Shown: positions 18,205 to 28,921, counted from the first letter of the stretch. The stretch is 55,833 nt of DNA from Bacteroidota bacterium (GCA_031366785.1 JANLOW010000059.1:1-55833); one strand, 5' to 3'. Notes: a model not told the origin generated them from the letters alone. Program-made: numbers and translations.

Positions 18205-19662
18205 TTATCTTTTAATTTTAGTCTTTGGCTTGGCTCCAAGTCCTACTGGGCTACCAACGCGTGTCATAGCACAGCGAAAACCCAAATCATTAGTACTTTG
18301 ATTTTCATCGGTAAAACGACGAACGCCCGGTGATAAGAAATAAGCACGGTCTCTCCAGGATCCGCCTTTATAAACGCGGGCTTTATCATTAATAAGTGAA
18401 GTGATTCCGTAATCATATTTAATATTTTCAGATTCATCAGCATCAAGGTAATTGATATTGTCTGCTTTAGTATAATTACGACGATCAGCACTTTCTTCAG
18501 GAGTAACTTCGCGGTATGGAAGACGACCTAAGCTATCTTTTTCTGCAATAGTTCCTTCTTCATCACGTTGAGGAGTAGAAAACACATTTCCACGGAAAGG
18601 ATTAAAGTCACTTTTATCTTCAGGAGAAAGAGGACGGTAAACATCCATTACCCATTCATTAACATTTCCTGCCATGCAATATAAACCATAATCATTCGGC
18701 CAAAAAGAATGCACTGGAGCTGGAATATCAGCGTTATCATTTAAGAAACCAGCGGTACCCATATTATCACCGCGACCACGTTTGAAGTTGGCAAGCATTT
18801 GACCTTTATATTTCTCGTCTTTATTACGAACGATATGACCATTCCAAGGATATACTTTACGATCTGTTACGCGTTCATAGACAGTGGTACCAATTTGAGC
18901 AAGAGCGGCATATTCCCATTCTGCTTCTGTTGGGAGTCTATACCGCGGTAAAAGAATTCCATCTTCCATTCTTACTTTTCGGGTTCCATTGGTACCGGAA
19001 CTTGGATTAAGATCTTGAAGATCACTTTTAACAAGACCTTCATATTGGCCTGCCAGATATGCTTCCGAATTAAAATTATCTTCATTGATCTGATTCGGAT
19101 TTATTCGCATAATTCCCTCACGAACAAGTATTTGCTCATTTACACGGTCTGTTCTCCAGGCACAAAAATCACTCGCTTGTAGCCAGTTTACACCAACTAC
19201 AGGATATTGTTGATAGGCCGGGTGTCGAAGATAAAGTTCAACAAGCGGTTCGTTATAGGCAAGCCTGTCACGCCATACTAATGTATCAGGTAATGCTTTT
19301 TTAAATACTTCAGGATAATCGGCCGCAAAAACTCGGGACAGCCAGTATAAATATTCTAAATAGTGAATATTAGCAACTTCTGTTTCATCAATATAAAAAG
19401 AACTTACGGTAACTCGACGAGGTATGTTATTCCAATCCCGAGTAATGTCTTGTTCTGTACGACCCATTGTAAAGGTTCCGCCTTCAACCAAAACGAGGCC
19501 GGGGCCGGTTTCCTGTTCATCATAAGGAACAACTTCAAATCCACCGTTTTTGGGATCATTGTAATTCCAACCGGTAACAGAAGATTTATCCTTGGTGCAT
19601 GAAGCCATGAACAAGCATATACTAATTAGGAGGAGGCAATTCTGATTGATGGTTTTCATCAT
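18205..19662 (-). CDS. gldJ: Gliding motility lipoprotein GldJ (FGE/SUMF1-fold)
   Basis: Lipoprotein signal ending in the lipobox FMASC. TGWNYNDPKNGGFEV...QETGPGLVLVEGGTFTMG...FYIDETEV closely matches my memory of Flavobacterium GldJ. It neighbours porU/porV, as in F. johnsoniae. Confidence 0.9.
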   Translation of the reverse strand: MMKTINQNCLLLISICLFMASCTKDKSSVTGWNYNDPKNGGFEVVPYDEQETGPGLVLVEGGTFTMGRTEQDITRDWNNIPRRVTVSSFYIDETEVANIHYLEYLYWLSRVFAADYPEVFKKALPDTLVWRDRLAYNEPLVELYLRHPAYQQYPVVGVNWLQASDFCAWRTDRVNEQILVREGIMRINPNQINEDNFNSEAYLAGQYEGLVKSDLQDLNPSSGTNGTRKVRMEDGILLPRYRLPTEAEWEYAALAQIGTTVYERVTDRKVYPWNGHIVRNKDEKYKGQMLANFKRGRGDNMGTAGFLNDNADIPAPVHSFWPNDYGLYCMAGNVNEWVMDVYRPLSPEDKSDFNPFRGNVFSTPQRDEEGTIAEKDSLGRLPYREVTPEESADRRNYTKADNINYLDADESENIKYDYGITSLINDKARVYKGGSWRDRAYFLSPGVRRFTDENQSTNDLGFRCAMTRVGSPVGLGAKPKTKIKR

Positions 19663-19702
19663 TTTTCTGGGAGATGGTTATATTGTTTTCTGAAACGAAT
19701 GT

Positions 19703-19710
19703 CAAATGTA
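19703..19710 (-). promoter_or_regulatory. Possible -7 box of a gldJ promoter
   Basis: The minus strand reads TACATTTG (TAnnTTTG) about 40 nt upstream of the gldJ ATG. No clean -33 TTTG is present. Confidence 0.3.
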
Positions 19711-19729
19711 TTTATTTTATTTTAAAAAT

Positions 19730-20686
19730 CTAGAATGCCGGACATTTGATAGTCCTAAATCGTTTCTTTTTAGCATGACAACCTAATTGTAGTCCTAATG
19801 AAAGTTCGTGAGAACCTGCAGAAGTACTATAAAGTTTGGATACCGTTACATCATAACTATATCCGAATTTAAATATACCTTGTTGTAAGCCAATCAATGC
19901 TATAAAAGCATCACCTCCGCGATACCACAAACCAGCAACCAGCGGAGCTTTTGAGATATAAAAACCAATATTATATTGCTTGAAATCGCGTTGTTTCTGA
20001 TAAATAAAATTAGGAGAAATATAGGTAGATCCATCTCGGCTACCTGCAATTGGAATAATAGCACCGGCATGAGCTGTAATCTTCATCGGAAGTTTACTTC
20101 CTTCAGCTGCTTTAATGTAAAATTCCTCCGGTTCAGTCAGGTGATTTATTGCAATTCCGCCATAATAACGGCTGCTATAACCTAAAATACCTGCAGAAAA
20201 ATCCCAAAAACTTTTATTTGTATTTGGTCTGATTTCCTGTGTTTCATAAATGAAACCATAACGAGGATCAATCATGTCGCCAAAGGTTAGTTTATCCCAA
20301 TCTACTTTCTTTTGAACATACGTTCCCTGCATTCCGAAACGAATAGAAAATTCACGGGTAACGTTTAGTTGATACGAATACATCCCACTAATATTAGTAG
20401 TTGTGAGCGTTGTTTCACCAGCCTTGTCATTCAAAAATAGTATTCCCAATCCGCCGCCGAGAGCTTCAACGTGCTGATCATAGGAAGCAGTATTTGTAAC
20501 AAATGTTCCGGAAAGTGCTGGCCATTGATTTCGGTAATTGAGAGAAATCCGTGGACATCTGGTTGAGCCAGCAAAAGCAGGATTGAGATACAATGGATTC
20601 GCATAAAACTGAGTAAACTCAGGATCTTGCGCAAGCACAGTTCCGGATAATCCAACAAATACCAAAATCAGAAACTTCCTGAGCAT
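19730..20686 (-). CDS. PorP/SprF-family type IX secretion system membrane protein
   Basis: The ATG at 20686 gives the signal peptide MLRKFLILVFVGLSGTVLAQ. DPEFTQFYANPLYLNPAFAG is the family's hallmark N-terminus. The C-terminus ...KCPAF is typical. Confidence 0.85.
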   Translation of the reverse strand: MLRKFLILVFVGLSGTVLAQDPEFTQFYANPLYLNPAFAGSTRCPRISLNYRNQWPALSGTFVTNTASYDQHVEALGGGLGILFLNDKAGETTLTTTNISGMYSYQLNVTREFSIRFGMQGTYVQKKVDWDKLTFGDMIDPRYGFIYETQEIRPNTNKSFWDFSAGILGYSSRYYGGIAINHLTEPEEFYIKAAEGSKLPMKITAHAGAIIPIAGSRDGSTYISPNFIYQKQRDFKQYNIGFYISKAPLVAGLWYRGGDAFIALIGLQQGIFKFGYSYDVTVSKLYSTSAGSHELSLGLQLGCHAKKKRFRTIKCPAF

Positions 20687-21024
20687 TGGAGAGAATTTAG
20701 TCTTAGTAGTACGTGAGTAAAGATAGAGGGTTACGCAAGTATAAGCGGTCAAATAATCACAAACCTGAAGATTTGTAAGATTAAGTTACAATTTTAAACA
20801 ATTTTTTGTTGTTTTTTTAAATTATTATTATTGAAAGATAGAAATTTTCATTTGAATCGAATGTCATAAGATTTTCATTTCTCTTATAAAACATAATTTA
20901 TCTGTTATGTTTTAGAAAAATGGTTAATTATTTATCGGTAATTTCGCTGTTAAATAAAATATAGCGTAATAAAATCCGTTAAGAGAAAACCAACGAAAAT
21001 TTATTACCTTTTCCTAACAAAAAT

Positions 21025-24000
21025 ATGTGTACCTACTATTACCTTAAAGGAGTAATTGTTTTTTTACTTTTTCCATTATTTTTATCTGCAGCAGAACCAA
21101 AATCTTATTCCATCGAATGGTTACCGGCTTATGAAAATAAAATTTCTGCTGAGGAAACTTTTCGATCACTAAATTTTACAGGCGCGTCCTTTGATGAGAA
21201 CTATATGCCCCAATTTGTTGTCACACGATTGATGCCAACAAACATTTCAGATGTCAAAGCACAATTAATAAATATGGTAACTGAACCATTAGTTGAAATT
21301 GATCTGCTTCGAAACCCACAATTAATCGGATACGATTTCACTTTAGTTTCAAAAATTGTAAATCAAAAGAAGAAATCAATCGCCGCGATTTCGATATTAC
21401 CCATTAGAAGAAATAATTCCGGAGGGTTTGATCGTCTTGTCTCATTTGATATAGAAATTCAACCTTTAAGTTCAGTTTCCAGAATTGCAACTGTTCATAC
21501 ATTTGGAACATCAAGTGTTCTTTCTCAGGGTGATTGGTATAAAATTGCAGTTACACAAACAGGAATTTATAAAATTGATTATTTATTTCTTAAATCATTG
21601 GGAATCGATGTTGATAATATTAATCCCGGAAATATAAAAATTTATGGCAATGGAGGCGGAATGCTGCCTTTTGCAAATAATAAATTTCGATATGATGATT
21701 TGCAGGAAAACAAAATAATTGTGTCAGGTGAAAATGATTCTCATTTCGATACACAGGACTACATTTTATTTTATGGAAACAATCAAACTCAATGGAAATT
21801 TGATCCCTCCACGAATCAATTTAATCATCAACTGAATCTTTATGCAGATACTACATATTATTTTCTGACAATCTCACCTTCTCCCGGCAACAATCGTATT
21901 CCAATTCGTAATTCCGTTACTGGTTCAAATGTTATGGTTACGTCATTTGATGATTATATTTATCATGAAGCAGAGCTATATAATTTTTTAAAATCGGGCA
22001 GAGAATGGTTTGGTGAATCAATGGATAATCTGAATAATAATATTTCTTTTCCAATTTCTATTCCGAATCTGAGTCTTATTGACACCATCCACTTTCGATC
22101 AACACTTGCAGGAAGATCAACTTATAGCGGTTCTAATTCTTTTTCTTTTTCTTTAAATGGCACCACCATTGGAACTCAGAATTTTACAAATGTTGGTACC
22201 GAAGTTTACGACAACTACCTATCTCCATTAGCAATAAATCGAAATTTTATAGCAAGCACATCTTTATTAAATTTAAAATTTGTTCTTAGTTCTTCAAATC
22301 CAAATTCACAAGGATGGTTAAATAATTTTGAAATAAATTTCCGTAGATCCCTGAATGCAAGTAATATGGGAAGTCAATTTACTTTCCGCGATCGGCTTTC
22401 TGTCGGTGCCGGGAACATAAGCGAATTCAGAATCACAGGTATAAATAATAATTATTCCGTTTGGGATATTACAGATCCAATTAACCCTATTTCTCAGGAA
22501 TTAATTTATGCAAATGGAGTTTCCTCTTTCGCTGTAGCTTCTGATGTGATGAGAGAATTTATAGCCTTTGATGGACAAAATTATTTTAAACCTTTTTTCA
22601 CCAGTAAAGTTGAAAATCAAAATTTACATGCGCTCGCTCAGGCAAAAATGATAATAGTTACGAATCCTTTGTTTCTTCAACAAGCTTATGATTTAGCAGA
22701 TTTTCATCGCTCGCACGACAATCTTTCTGTAATTGTAGCGACAACACAACAGATATTTAATGAATTTTCGAGCGGATCGCAGGATGTTTCAGCTATTCGC
22801 GATTTCGTTAAAATGTTTTACGATAGGGCCGGAAGCGATACTTCATTATTGCCAAAATATCTTTTGTTATTCGGTGATGCCTCCTATGATAACAAGAACA
22901 GACTTTCAGGAAATACTAATTATGTTACATCATATCAATCTGCAGGGTCAATTAATCTTACTCAGTCATATATTTCTGATGACTTTTTTGGATTACTGGA
23001 TGATAATGAAGGTACATGGGCAAGCGGTGAAATTGTCGATATTAGTATTGGAAGATTGCCTGTCAAAACTACATCCGAAGCTCAGGCTGCTGTCAATAAA
23101 ATTAAACATTATGTAGCGGGAAACGGAGCCAGTACTGTGAACCCAACGTTAGGAAACTGGAGAAATACTGTAACATTTGTGGCAGACGACCAGGACCAGA
23201 ATATTCATTTAAAACAAACAGATACACTTGCCAACCGAATCAAAAATTCTTATTCCACATTAAACGTTGATAAAATTTATTTGGATGCCTATAATCAGGA
23301 ATCTACACCTGGCGGGCAACGTTATCCTGATGCTCACAAAGCCATTGTTGACAGAGTACAACGAGGTACATTATTTATGACTTATATAGGTCACGGTGGC
23401 GAGCTCGGTTGGACACATGAACGCACTCTTGAAGTTAACGATATAAACAGCTGGACAAATTTTGACAGACTAGCTGCATTTTTAACAGCGACATGTGAAT
23501 TTACAAGAGTTGATGATCCATCGAGAAATTCTGCCGGTGAATTGGTATTTTTAAATCCAAATGGTGGTGGCATTTGCTTATTCACCACTTCAAGATTAGC
23601 TTTTTCCAGTTCTAATTTTAATTTGTGTCAGAAATTTTTTACACATGTTTTTGAAAAAATAGATGGGCAATTTCCAACATGTGGAGAAATCTTTGAGAGA
23701 ACCAAAGTTGATTATTTTGCAGATCCATATGTAAGAAATTTTATTTTGATTGGAGATCCTGCAGTAAAACTTGCCAATCCTACTTATACAGTAAAAACAA
23801 AATCTTTGAATGGAATTGACATTACTCAACCGACAGATACACTTAAGGCATTAAGTAAGATTACCATTACCGGTGAAATACAGGATGATTCGGGTAATAA
23901 ACTTACAAATTTCAATGGTACTATTTATCCAACCGTTTACGATAAAATGGTTACCTATTATACATTAGGTAATGACCGTTTTCAGCTTGATCCTTCTTTT

Positions 24001-24876
24001 GTACAGCCATTTTTACTTCAAAAAAATGTCATATACGGAGGTAAAGCAAGTGTTATAAATGGCGACTTTACTTTTACATTTGTTGTTCCAAAAGATATAT
24101 CTTTTCAGTTTGGAAAAGGAAAATTAAGTTATTATGCTCATAATGGCCAGCAGGATGCTGCCGGTAGTGATTCAAGTATTGTCGTCGGAGGTGTTAAAAG
24201 CAGTAATTATTCAGATATGGAAGGACCAAAAATTCAACTATATATTAATGATGAAAAATTTGTTCGTGGCGGAATGACTGATAAAAATCCTGTTTTATAT
24301 GCAATCGTTAAAGACAGTAGTGGAGTAAATACAGTTGGTACCGGTATTGGTCATGATATGGCAGCAGAAATGGACTCCAAAACAGAGAATAGATATATCT
24401 TGAATGATTATTTTGAAAATGATCTTGACAGCTATCAATCCGGAAAAGTGAGATACCCTTTTAAAAATCTTGAATCTGGTCCTCATACAATTAATTTTAA
24501 AGTTTGGGATGTGTATAATAATTCGAGCGAGGCAACAACCGATTTTATAGTCAGCGAAAGCGCTACTTTGGCCTTAGATCATGTATTAAATTATCCTAAT
24601 CCCTTTACAACACATACTACTTTTATGTTTGAACATAATAGGCCTTATAGTCCGCTGGATGTTCAGGTACAGATTTTTACTGTTTCAGGAAAATTGATAA
24701 AAACTATTTCCGATAAAATAATTACGGATGGATACCGTTCTGACAAAATGCAATGGGATGGCCTCGATGATTTTGGCGATCGAATTGGAAAAGGGGTTTA
24801 TATTTATAGGCTTCGGGTTAAAGCAAATGATGGGGAATATGCCGATAAATTTGAAAAAATGGTAATTCTTAGATAA
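21025..24876 (+). CDS. porU: Type IX secretion system sortase PorU (C25-like peptidase)
   Basis: 1283 aa. It has a gingipain-like catalytic region (YIGHGGELGWTHE..., FLTATCEFTRVDD with a His/Cys dyad) and its own C-terminal sorting-type domain (LNYPNPFTTHTTFMFEH...GVYIYRLRV). It is followed directly by porV. Confidence 0.9.
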   Translation: MCTYYYLKGVIVFLLFPLFLSAAEPKSYSIEWLPAYENKISAEETFRSLNFTGASFDENYMPQFVVTRLMPTNISDVKAQLINMVTEPLVEIDLLRNPQLIGYDFTLVSKIVNQKKKSIAAISILPIRRNNSGGFDRLVSFDIEIQPLSSVSRIATVHTFGTSSVLSQGDWYKIAVTQTGIYKIDYLFLKSLGIDVDNINPGNIKIYGNGGGMLPFANNKFRYDDLQENKIIVSGENDSHFDTQDYILFYGNNQTQWKFDPSTNQFNHQLNLYADTTYYFLTISPSPGNNRIPIRNSVTGSNVMVTSFDDYIYHEAELYNFLKSGREWFGESMDNLNNNISFPISIPNLSLIDTIHFRSTLAGRSTYSGSNSFSFSLNGTTIGTQNFTNVGTEVYDNYLSPLAINRNFIASTSLLNLKFVLSSSNPNSQGWLNNFEINFRRSLNASNMGSQFTFRDRLSVGAGNISEFRITGINNNYSVWDITDPINPISQELIYANGVSSFAVASDVMREFIAFDGQNYFKPFFTSKVENQNLHALAQAKMIIVTNPLFLQQAYDLADFHRSHDNLSVIVATTQQIFNEFSSGSQDVSAIRDFVKMFYDRAGSDTSLLPKYLLLFGDASYDNKNRLSGNTNYVTSYQSAGSINLTQSYISDDFFGLLDDNEGTWASGEIVDISIGRLPVKTTSEAQAAVNKIKHYVAGNGASTVNPTLGNWRNTVTFVADDQDQNIHLKQTDTLANRIKNSYSTLNVDKIYLDAYNQESTPGGQRYPDAHKAIVDRVQRGTLFMTYIGHGGELGWTHERTLEVNDINSWTNFDRLAAFLTATCEFTRVDDPSRNSAGELVFLNPNGGGICLFTTSRLAFSSSNFNLCQKFFTHVFEKIDGQFPTCGEIFERTKVDYFADPYVRNFILIGDPAVKLANPTYTVKTKSLNGIDITQPTDTLKALSKITITGEIQDDSGNKLTNFNGTIYPTVYDKMVTYYTLGNDRFQLDPSFVQPFLLQKNVIYGGKASVINGDFTFTFVVPKDISFQFGKGKLSYYAHNGQQDAAGSDSSIVVGGVKSSNYSDMEGPKIQLYINDEKFVRGGMTDKNPVLYAIVKDSSGVNTVGTGIGHDMAAEMDSKTENRYILNDYFENDLDSYQSGKVRYPFKNLESGPHTINFKVWDVYNNSSEATTDFIVSESATLALDHVLNYPNPFTTHTTFMFEHNRPYSPLDVQVQIFTVSGKLIKTISDKIITDGYRSDKMQWDGLDDFGDRIGKGVYIYRLRVKANDGEYADKFEKMVILR

Positions 24877-24932
24877 TCAAAACCAAAAATTTTTATTAAC
24901 GTATATTACACGAATCACATTTAACTATAAAA

Positions 24933-26183
24933 ATGCATTTAAAACTCACAAAGGCCTATTTACCAGCCATCGTTTTGTTATTTTCTGTAAAAAGTTCTTC
25001 GGCACAGCTTTCAACGTTCAAAGATTCTTTGCTGGGGCAGATAAATACGATAACAACTGCAGTCCCTTTCTTACAGATTGCGCCTGATTCAAGAGCAGGT
25101 GGAATGGGAGATTATGGTGTTGCAACTTCGCCGGATCCCAATTCTATTCATTGGAATGCTTCAAAACTAGCTTTCATTGAAAAATCCGGTGGTTTTTCAA
25201 TATCCTATACCCCCTGGCTTCATGCACTGGTGAATGATATTAACCTCGCTTATATATCAGGATATAAAAAACTTAATAACGATCAGGCTATTGCAGGCTC
25301 ATTGTTGTATTTCTCGTTGGGTAATATTGATTTTACCAATGAAGGAGGAGATAAATATGCAACATTTAATCCAAATGAATGGGCACTTGATCTTGCCTAT
25401 GCCCGAAAGTTAGGTGAGAAAATCTCAGGTGGAATTGCTTTACGATACATTTATTCAAACCTTACCGGTGGTGTTGCAATAAGTAATGGAACAATTAATA
25501 CACATGCAGGAACAACAGTTGCAGCGGATATTTCCGGATATTACCGTACAGACCTTGATTTATCCGATAAGAAATCTCTGTTGGCTTTAGGACTGAATAT
25601 TTCAAATATTGGAGGTAAGGTTTCTTATACAGATACAAAAACGAAAGATTTCATTCCTACCAATTTCCGTTTTGGTTCAAACTTAAAAGTGGATCTTGAC
25701 CAATACAATTCAATTGCTTTTGGAGCCGATTTTAACAAACTTCTGGTACCTACTCCACCGGTTTATGCAAAAGATGCTTCAGGAAATTTTATTATTGATG
25801 CTAACGGAAATAAAGAAATCGCTGCTGGAAAAGATCTAACCAATATTTCAGTGCCTTCAGCATTATTCAGTTCCTGGTCGGATGCACCGGCAGGATTCCC
25901 GGAAGAAATAAAAGAATTTACTTATTCAATTGGTGCCGAATACTGGTACGATAAACAATTTGCTATGCGTGCGGGCTATTTTCATGAAGCTTCGACGAAA
26001 GGAAACAGGAAATTTTTTACGGTTGGTGCCGGCATTAGATACAATGTATTTGGCTTTGATTTCGCTTACCTGATTCCAACTACTCAAAGAAATCCACTTG
26101 AAAATACATTACGTTTTACCTTACTCTTTGATTTTGATGGAATAAAAAACAGCAAAGAAGACAATAACAATTCTTCGGAATAA
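24933..26183 (+). CDS. porV: Type IX secretion system outer-membrane shuttle/channel protein PorV (LptO)
   Basis: Signal peptide, then the AVPFLQIAPDSRAGGMGDYGVATSPD motif and a FadL-like barrel pattern. It has the conserved position downstream of porU. Confidence 0.9.
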   Translation: MHLKLTKAYLPAIVLLFSVKSSSAQLSTFKDSLLGQINTITTAVPFLQIAPDSRAGGMGDYGVATSPDPNSIHWNASKLAFIEKSGGFSISYTPWLHALVNDINLAYISGYKKLNNDQAIAGSLLYFSLGNIDFTNEGGDKYATFNPNEWALDLAYARKLGEKISGGIALRYIYSNLTGGVAISNGTINTHAGTTVAADISGYYRTDLDLSDKKSLLALGLNISNIGGKVSYTDTKTKDFIPTNFRFGSNLKVDLDQYNSIAFGADFNKLLVPTPPVYAKDASGNFIIDANGNKEIAAGKDLTNISVPSALFSSWSDAPAGFPEEIKEFTYSIGAEYWYDKQFAMRAGYFHEASTKGNRKFFTVGAGIRYNVFGFDFAYLIPTTQRNPLENTLRFTLLFDFDGIKNSKEDNNNSSE

Positions 26184-26204
26184 TAAATTTTTAAAATATA
26201 TTTG

Positions 26205-26236
26205 AAAGCGGATGAGATTTCATCCGCTTTTTTTAT
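26205..26236 (+). terminator. Rho-independent terminator after porV
   Basis: Stem AGCGGATG/CATCCGCT with a 6-nt loop, followed by a T7 run. Confidence 0.65.
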
Positions 26237-26258
26237 TTACTAAATTAATACTAATAAA

Positions 26259-26735
26259 ATGAAAGTGGGTTTTGGTTTTGATGTTCACCGAATGGTAGAA
26301 GGTAGAAAATTTTACCTTGGTGGTATAGAAATATCTCATAGTAAAGGCGCTGAGGGTCATTCCGACGCTGATGTATTAATACATGCAATCTGCGATGCTT
26401 TATTGGGCGCCGCTAATCTTGGAGATATTGGCATCCATTTTCCTGACACCTCTCCCGAATATAAAAATATCGATAGTAAAGTTTTACTAAAAAAAGTTTG
26501 TGCATTATTAAAAAGTAAAAAATATTCAATTGGCAATATTGATTCAACTATTTGTCTTGAGAAACCTAAGATTTTTGAATACATTCCCGCTATGAAAAAA
26601 ACATTGGCTGATGTAATGGAAATTGATGAAGAAAAAATATCTATTAAAGCAACAACCAGTGAAAAACTGGGCTTTGTCGGACGTGAAGAAGGAATAAGTT
26701 CTTATGCTGTAGTATTAATTGATCCGGAAAAATAG
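26259..26735 (+). CDS. ispF: 2-C-methyl-D-erythritol 2,4-cyclodiphosphate synthase
   Basis: GFGFDVHR, GHSDADVLIHA and KISIKATTSEKLGFVGR motifs. 158 aa. Confidence 0.9.
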   Translation: MKVGFGFDVHRMVEGRKFYLGGIEISHSKGAEGHSDADVLIHAICDALLGAANLGDIGIHFPDTSPEYKNIDSKVLLKKVCALLKSKKYSIGNIDSTICLEKPKIFEYIPAMKKTLADVMEIDEEKISIKATTSEKLGFVGREEGISSYAVVLIDPEK

Positions 26736-26857
26736 ATTTATAAAAGTAGTAAGTAAAAAGCAACTGTATATTTTCATTGATTCATCAAATAAGAGATTTA
26801 GGATACAGGAACAGTTTCATTTTAATATTTTTAAATCAAAAATCTTGCTTTACGCAT

Positions 26858-27535
26858 TTAAAAAGAATAAGTATAAGATATGCCGTAAATTAATTCGATG
26901 AAATTGGTTTTTCTTGTAATCTGACATAAAAGAAAAGGATTGAAACTATGGATGCGATTTAATTCGTAATTGATGCCAGTTTCATAACGAAAATCGGTTA
27001 TGCCGGTTTCTTCTTTTACATTGTCAATTAAATAAAATATTTCAAAACTTACATAAGGAGAATATTTTTTTTTCAGGTCAATTTTTGCAGTTAATTTGCT
27101 TCTTAAAACCCATTCAGGAATTTTTCCGGTTTCACTTGAATTATAATCCGTGAATTGTTCCTGAATTCTTTCCCTTAAAGTAAAGGAAATAAATTTTACT
27201 TTTTCTTTCCAAGCAATGTCTGCATAAAACCGATGCCTTAAACTATAATAGTTTTCCTTATTGTTATTAATTAATCTGTAGTGTAAACCTACTTTTAGTT
27301 TTTTATTTAAGCTATAATCAAGGCCAATATCCGACAAAAGAAGATTGATCCTGGTTACATCATTACTCAAACGTAATTGCTCAGTTAAAGATCCTTCCAA
27401 TTGCCGTGTAAAGTTTGATTGAAGAGTTACTCCTAACCATAAGCCAACATCATCAATTTGAGCAAGGCAGGAATATGGAGCTATTAAAGTTAAAAAGCAA
27501 AAAACAATTAGGGCAGAATTAAAACGTTTAAACAC
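26858..27535 (-). CDS. DUF2490-like outer-membrane beta-barrel protein
   Basis: Signal peptide (FCFLTLIAPYSCLAQ), amphipathic beta-strand periodicity, and an OMP-type C-terminus GISYTYSF. It is the last gene of the VTC operon. Confidence 0.6.
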   Translation of the reverse strand: MFKRFNSALIVFCFLTLIAPYSCLAQIDDVGLWLGVTLQSNFTRQLEGSLTEQLRLSNDVTRINLLLSDIGLDYSLNKKLKVGLHYRLINNNKENYYSLRHRFYADIAWKEKVKFISFTLRERIQEQFTDYNSSETGKIPEWVLRSKLTAKIDLKKKYSPYVSFEIFYLIDNVKEETGITDFRYETGINYELNRIHSFNPFLLCQITRKTNFIELIYGISYTYSF

Positions 27536-27536
27536 A

Positions 27537-28157
27537 TTAAGATTTTTTATCAGATCGTCTTTCTTCGTAATAATAAATTTTAACGACTGCTACGTCTTTA
27601 AGGAAATCAATTCGTGTAACGGTTACTCTATGAATATTAAGTCCGGTACGGTTACGAAGATCCTGTAGCAATGCATCATAGTTCTCCGGCTTAATCATGT
27701 CAATATTTTCATATTGAACATTTTTAACCATTTCATTTCTAACAAGCCAGTTTCCATCAAGTGTATAGGTAAATCCGATAAGTATAGCATTTATAATTCC
27801 CAGTTCGAAATAAGTTGCTTTGCTCACTGCACAAATAAGTCCCATTGCAATAACAATAAAAAGGTAAGTCATGTCTTTTGTAGTGATGCCTTCGGTTCGG
27901 TAACGCAGCATAGAAAACACAGCAAATAAACCAAAAGCCGCTCCCATGGACATGTCTACCTTATTTAAAAGATAGGTAATAATGAAAATGATGATGTTAA
28001 ATAAGAAGAATGTAAATAAGTAATCCTTCTTTTTATAAATTTTAAAATAAATAAATCTCACGAGTATTAACATTGAAACTATATCAATGAGAAGACGAAG
28101 GAAAAATTTATCTGATAGTTTATCGAATAATTCAAATTGGCTTATTGGATCGTTCAT
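27537..28157 (-). CDS. DUF4956-like inner-membrane protein
   Basis: About five TM helices including GAAFGLFAVFSMLRYRTEG, then a soluble C-terminal domain of about 70 aa. The start overlaps the upstream stop as ATGA. Confidence 0.65.
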   Translation of the reverse strand: MNDPISQFELFDKLSDKFFLRLLIDIVSMLILVRFIYFKIYKKKDYLFTFFLFNIIIFIITYLLNKVDMSMGAAFGLFAVFSMLRYRTEGITTKDMTYLFIVIAMGLICAVSKATYFELGIINAILIGFTYTLDGNWLVRNEMVKNVQYENIDMIKPENYDALLQDLRNRTGLNIHRVTVTRIDFLKDVAVVKIYYYEERRSDKKS

Positions 28158-28909
28158 GATGCTTTTAGAAGTTTTTGAATATATAAAAGTGTGGGTTTAA
28201 AATTATTCTTTTTAATTGTATTGTTAAGGCTTATAACACCCAGGCAATATTTACTTATTGATTTCTCTTTTATACGATATTGCCTCATCAAAGAAATAAA
28301 TGGGCTCTTATCCCGTGAACTGCCTTGTTTTACTTCGGCAATTACAAGTTGGTTTATAGGAATTGTCTGATGTTCATCAATGAATGTAAGCTTGGTGTCA
28401 ATAGTAAGTCTTTCTTCGGAATGTTTGTTAACAAAGGTCATACGCCGGTAATTGACCCATAATTTTGATACCAGGCTGTCGGGATTAATGTTTGAAATAT
28501 TTTTCACAAGTTCGTGCGAGCTATCGCAGATTTGATGAGAAATTTCGGGTCGTTTAATACGGTCTTTGATTGTTCTTCCTTTGCTGTTTTTAAATTTTAC
28601 TTCAAAAAAATGAAGGTTTGATTCGACATATTTCCTCGCACGAAATTTATACCTGTTTACACCGCCGTTGTGGTGACGAAGGTAAAGATCGAAATTTTTT
28701 GTATCGAAATACAAGGTCTCGTAATGATTATACCTGAGTCCTTTAATATCTAAAACAAAATAATTTTCCTTCATCTGATCAAGAATCAAAGGAAGGATAT
28801 CATCACGTAACATAAACTTAGTGTCAATCCGGTTTTGCAACTTGACATTATCCATTTGCTGCAGTGAAATAGGATCAAATTCACTCAATATTTCCTCGAT
28901 CGATTTCAA
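28154..28909 (-). CDS. VTC-domain (polyphosphate polymerase-like, triphosphate tunnel) protein
   Basis: 251 aa and soluble. It has tunnel-type beta strands with alternating charged residues: RIDTKFML, YETLYFDT, YKFRARKY, FFEVKFK, RLTIDTKLTF, VIAEVKQ. This is the pattern of CYTH/VTC4 catalytic domains. Confidence 0.7.
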   Translation of the reverse strand: MKSIEEILSEFDPISLQQMDNVKLQNRIDTKFMLRDDILPLILDQMKENYFVLDIKGLRYNHYETLYFDTKNFDLYLRHHNGGVNRYKFRARKYVESNLHFFEVKFKNSKGRTIKDRIKRPEISHQICDSSHELVKNISNINPDSLVSKLWVNYRRMTFVNKHSEERLTIDTKLTFIDEHQTIPINQLVIAEVKQGSSRDKSPFISLMRQYRIKEKSISKYCLGVISLNNTIKKNNFKPTLLYIQKLLKAS

Positions 28910-28921
28910 TTCAATAAAATT

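Noticed and set aside
18205-19662. Formylglycine-generating enzyme (sulfatase maturase) call for the SUMF1-fold protein
   Set aside because: The lipoprotein signal, the characteristic GldJ N-terminal sequence and the porU/porV neighbourhood all point to the gliding/T9SS protein GldJ rather than an active FGE.
26719-26901. 60-aa ORF in the convergent gap between ispF and the DUF2490 gene, and the 61-aa ORF at 39010-39195
   Set aside because: Both overlap the ends of better-supported genes and have a Lys/Ile/Phe-rich composition typical of non-coding AT-rich sequence.
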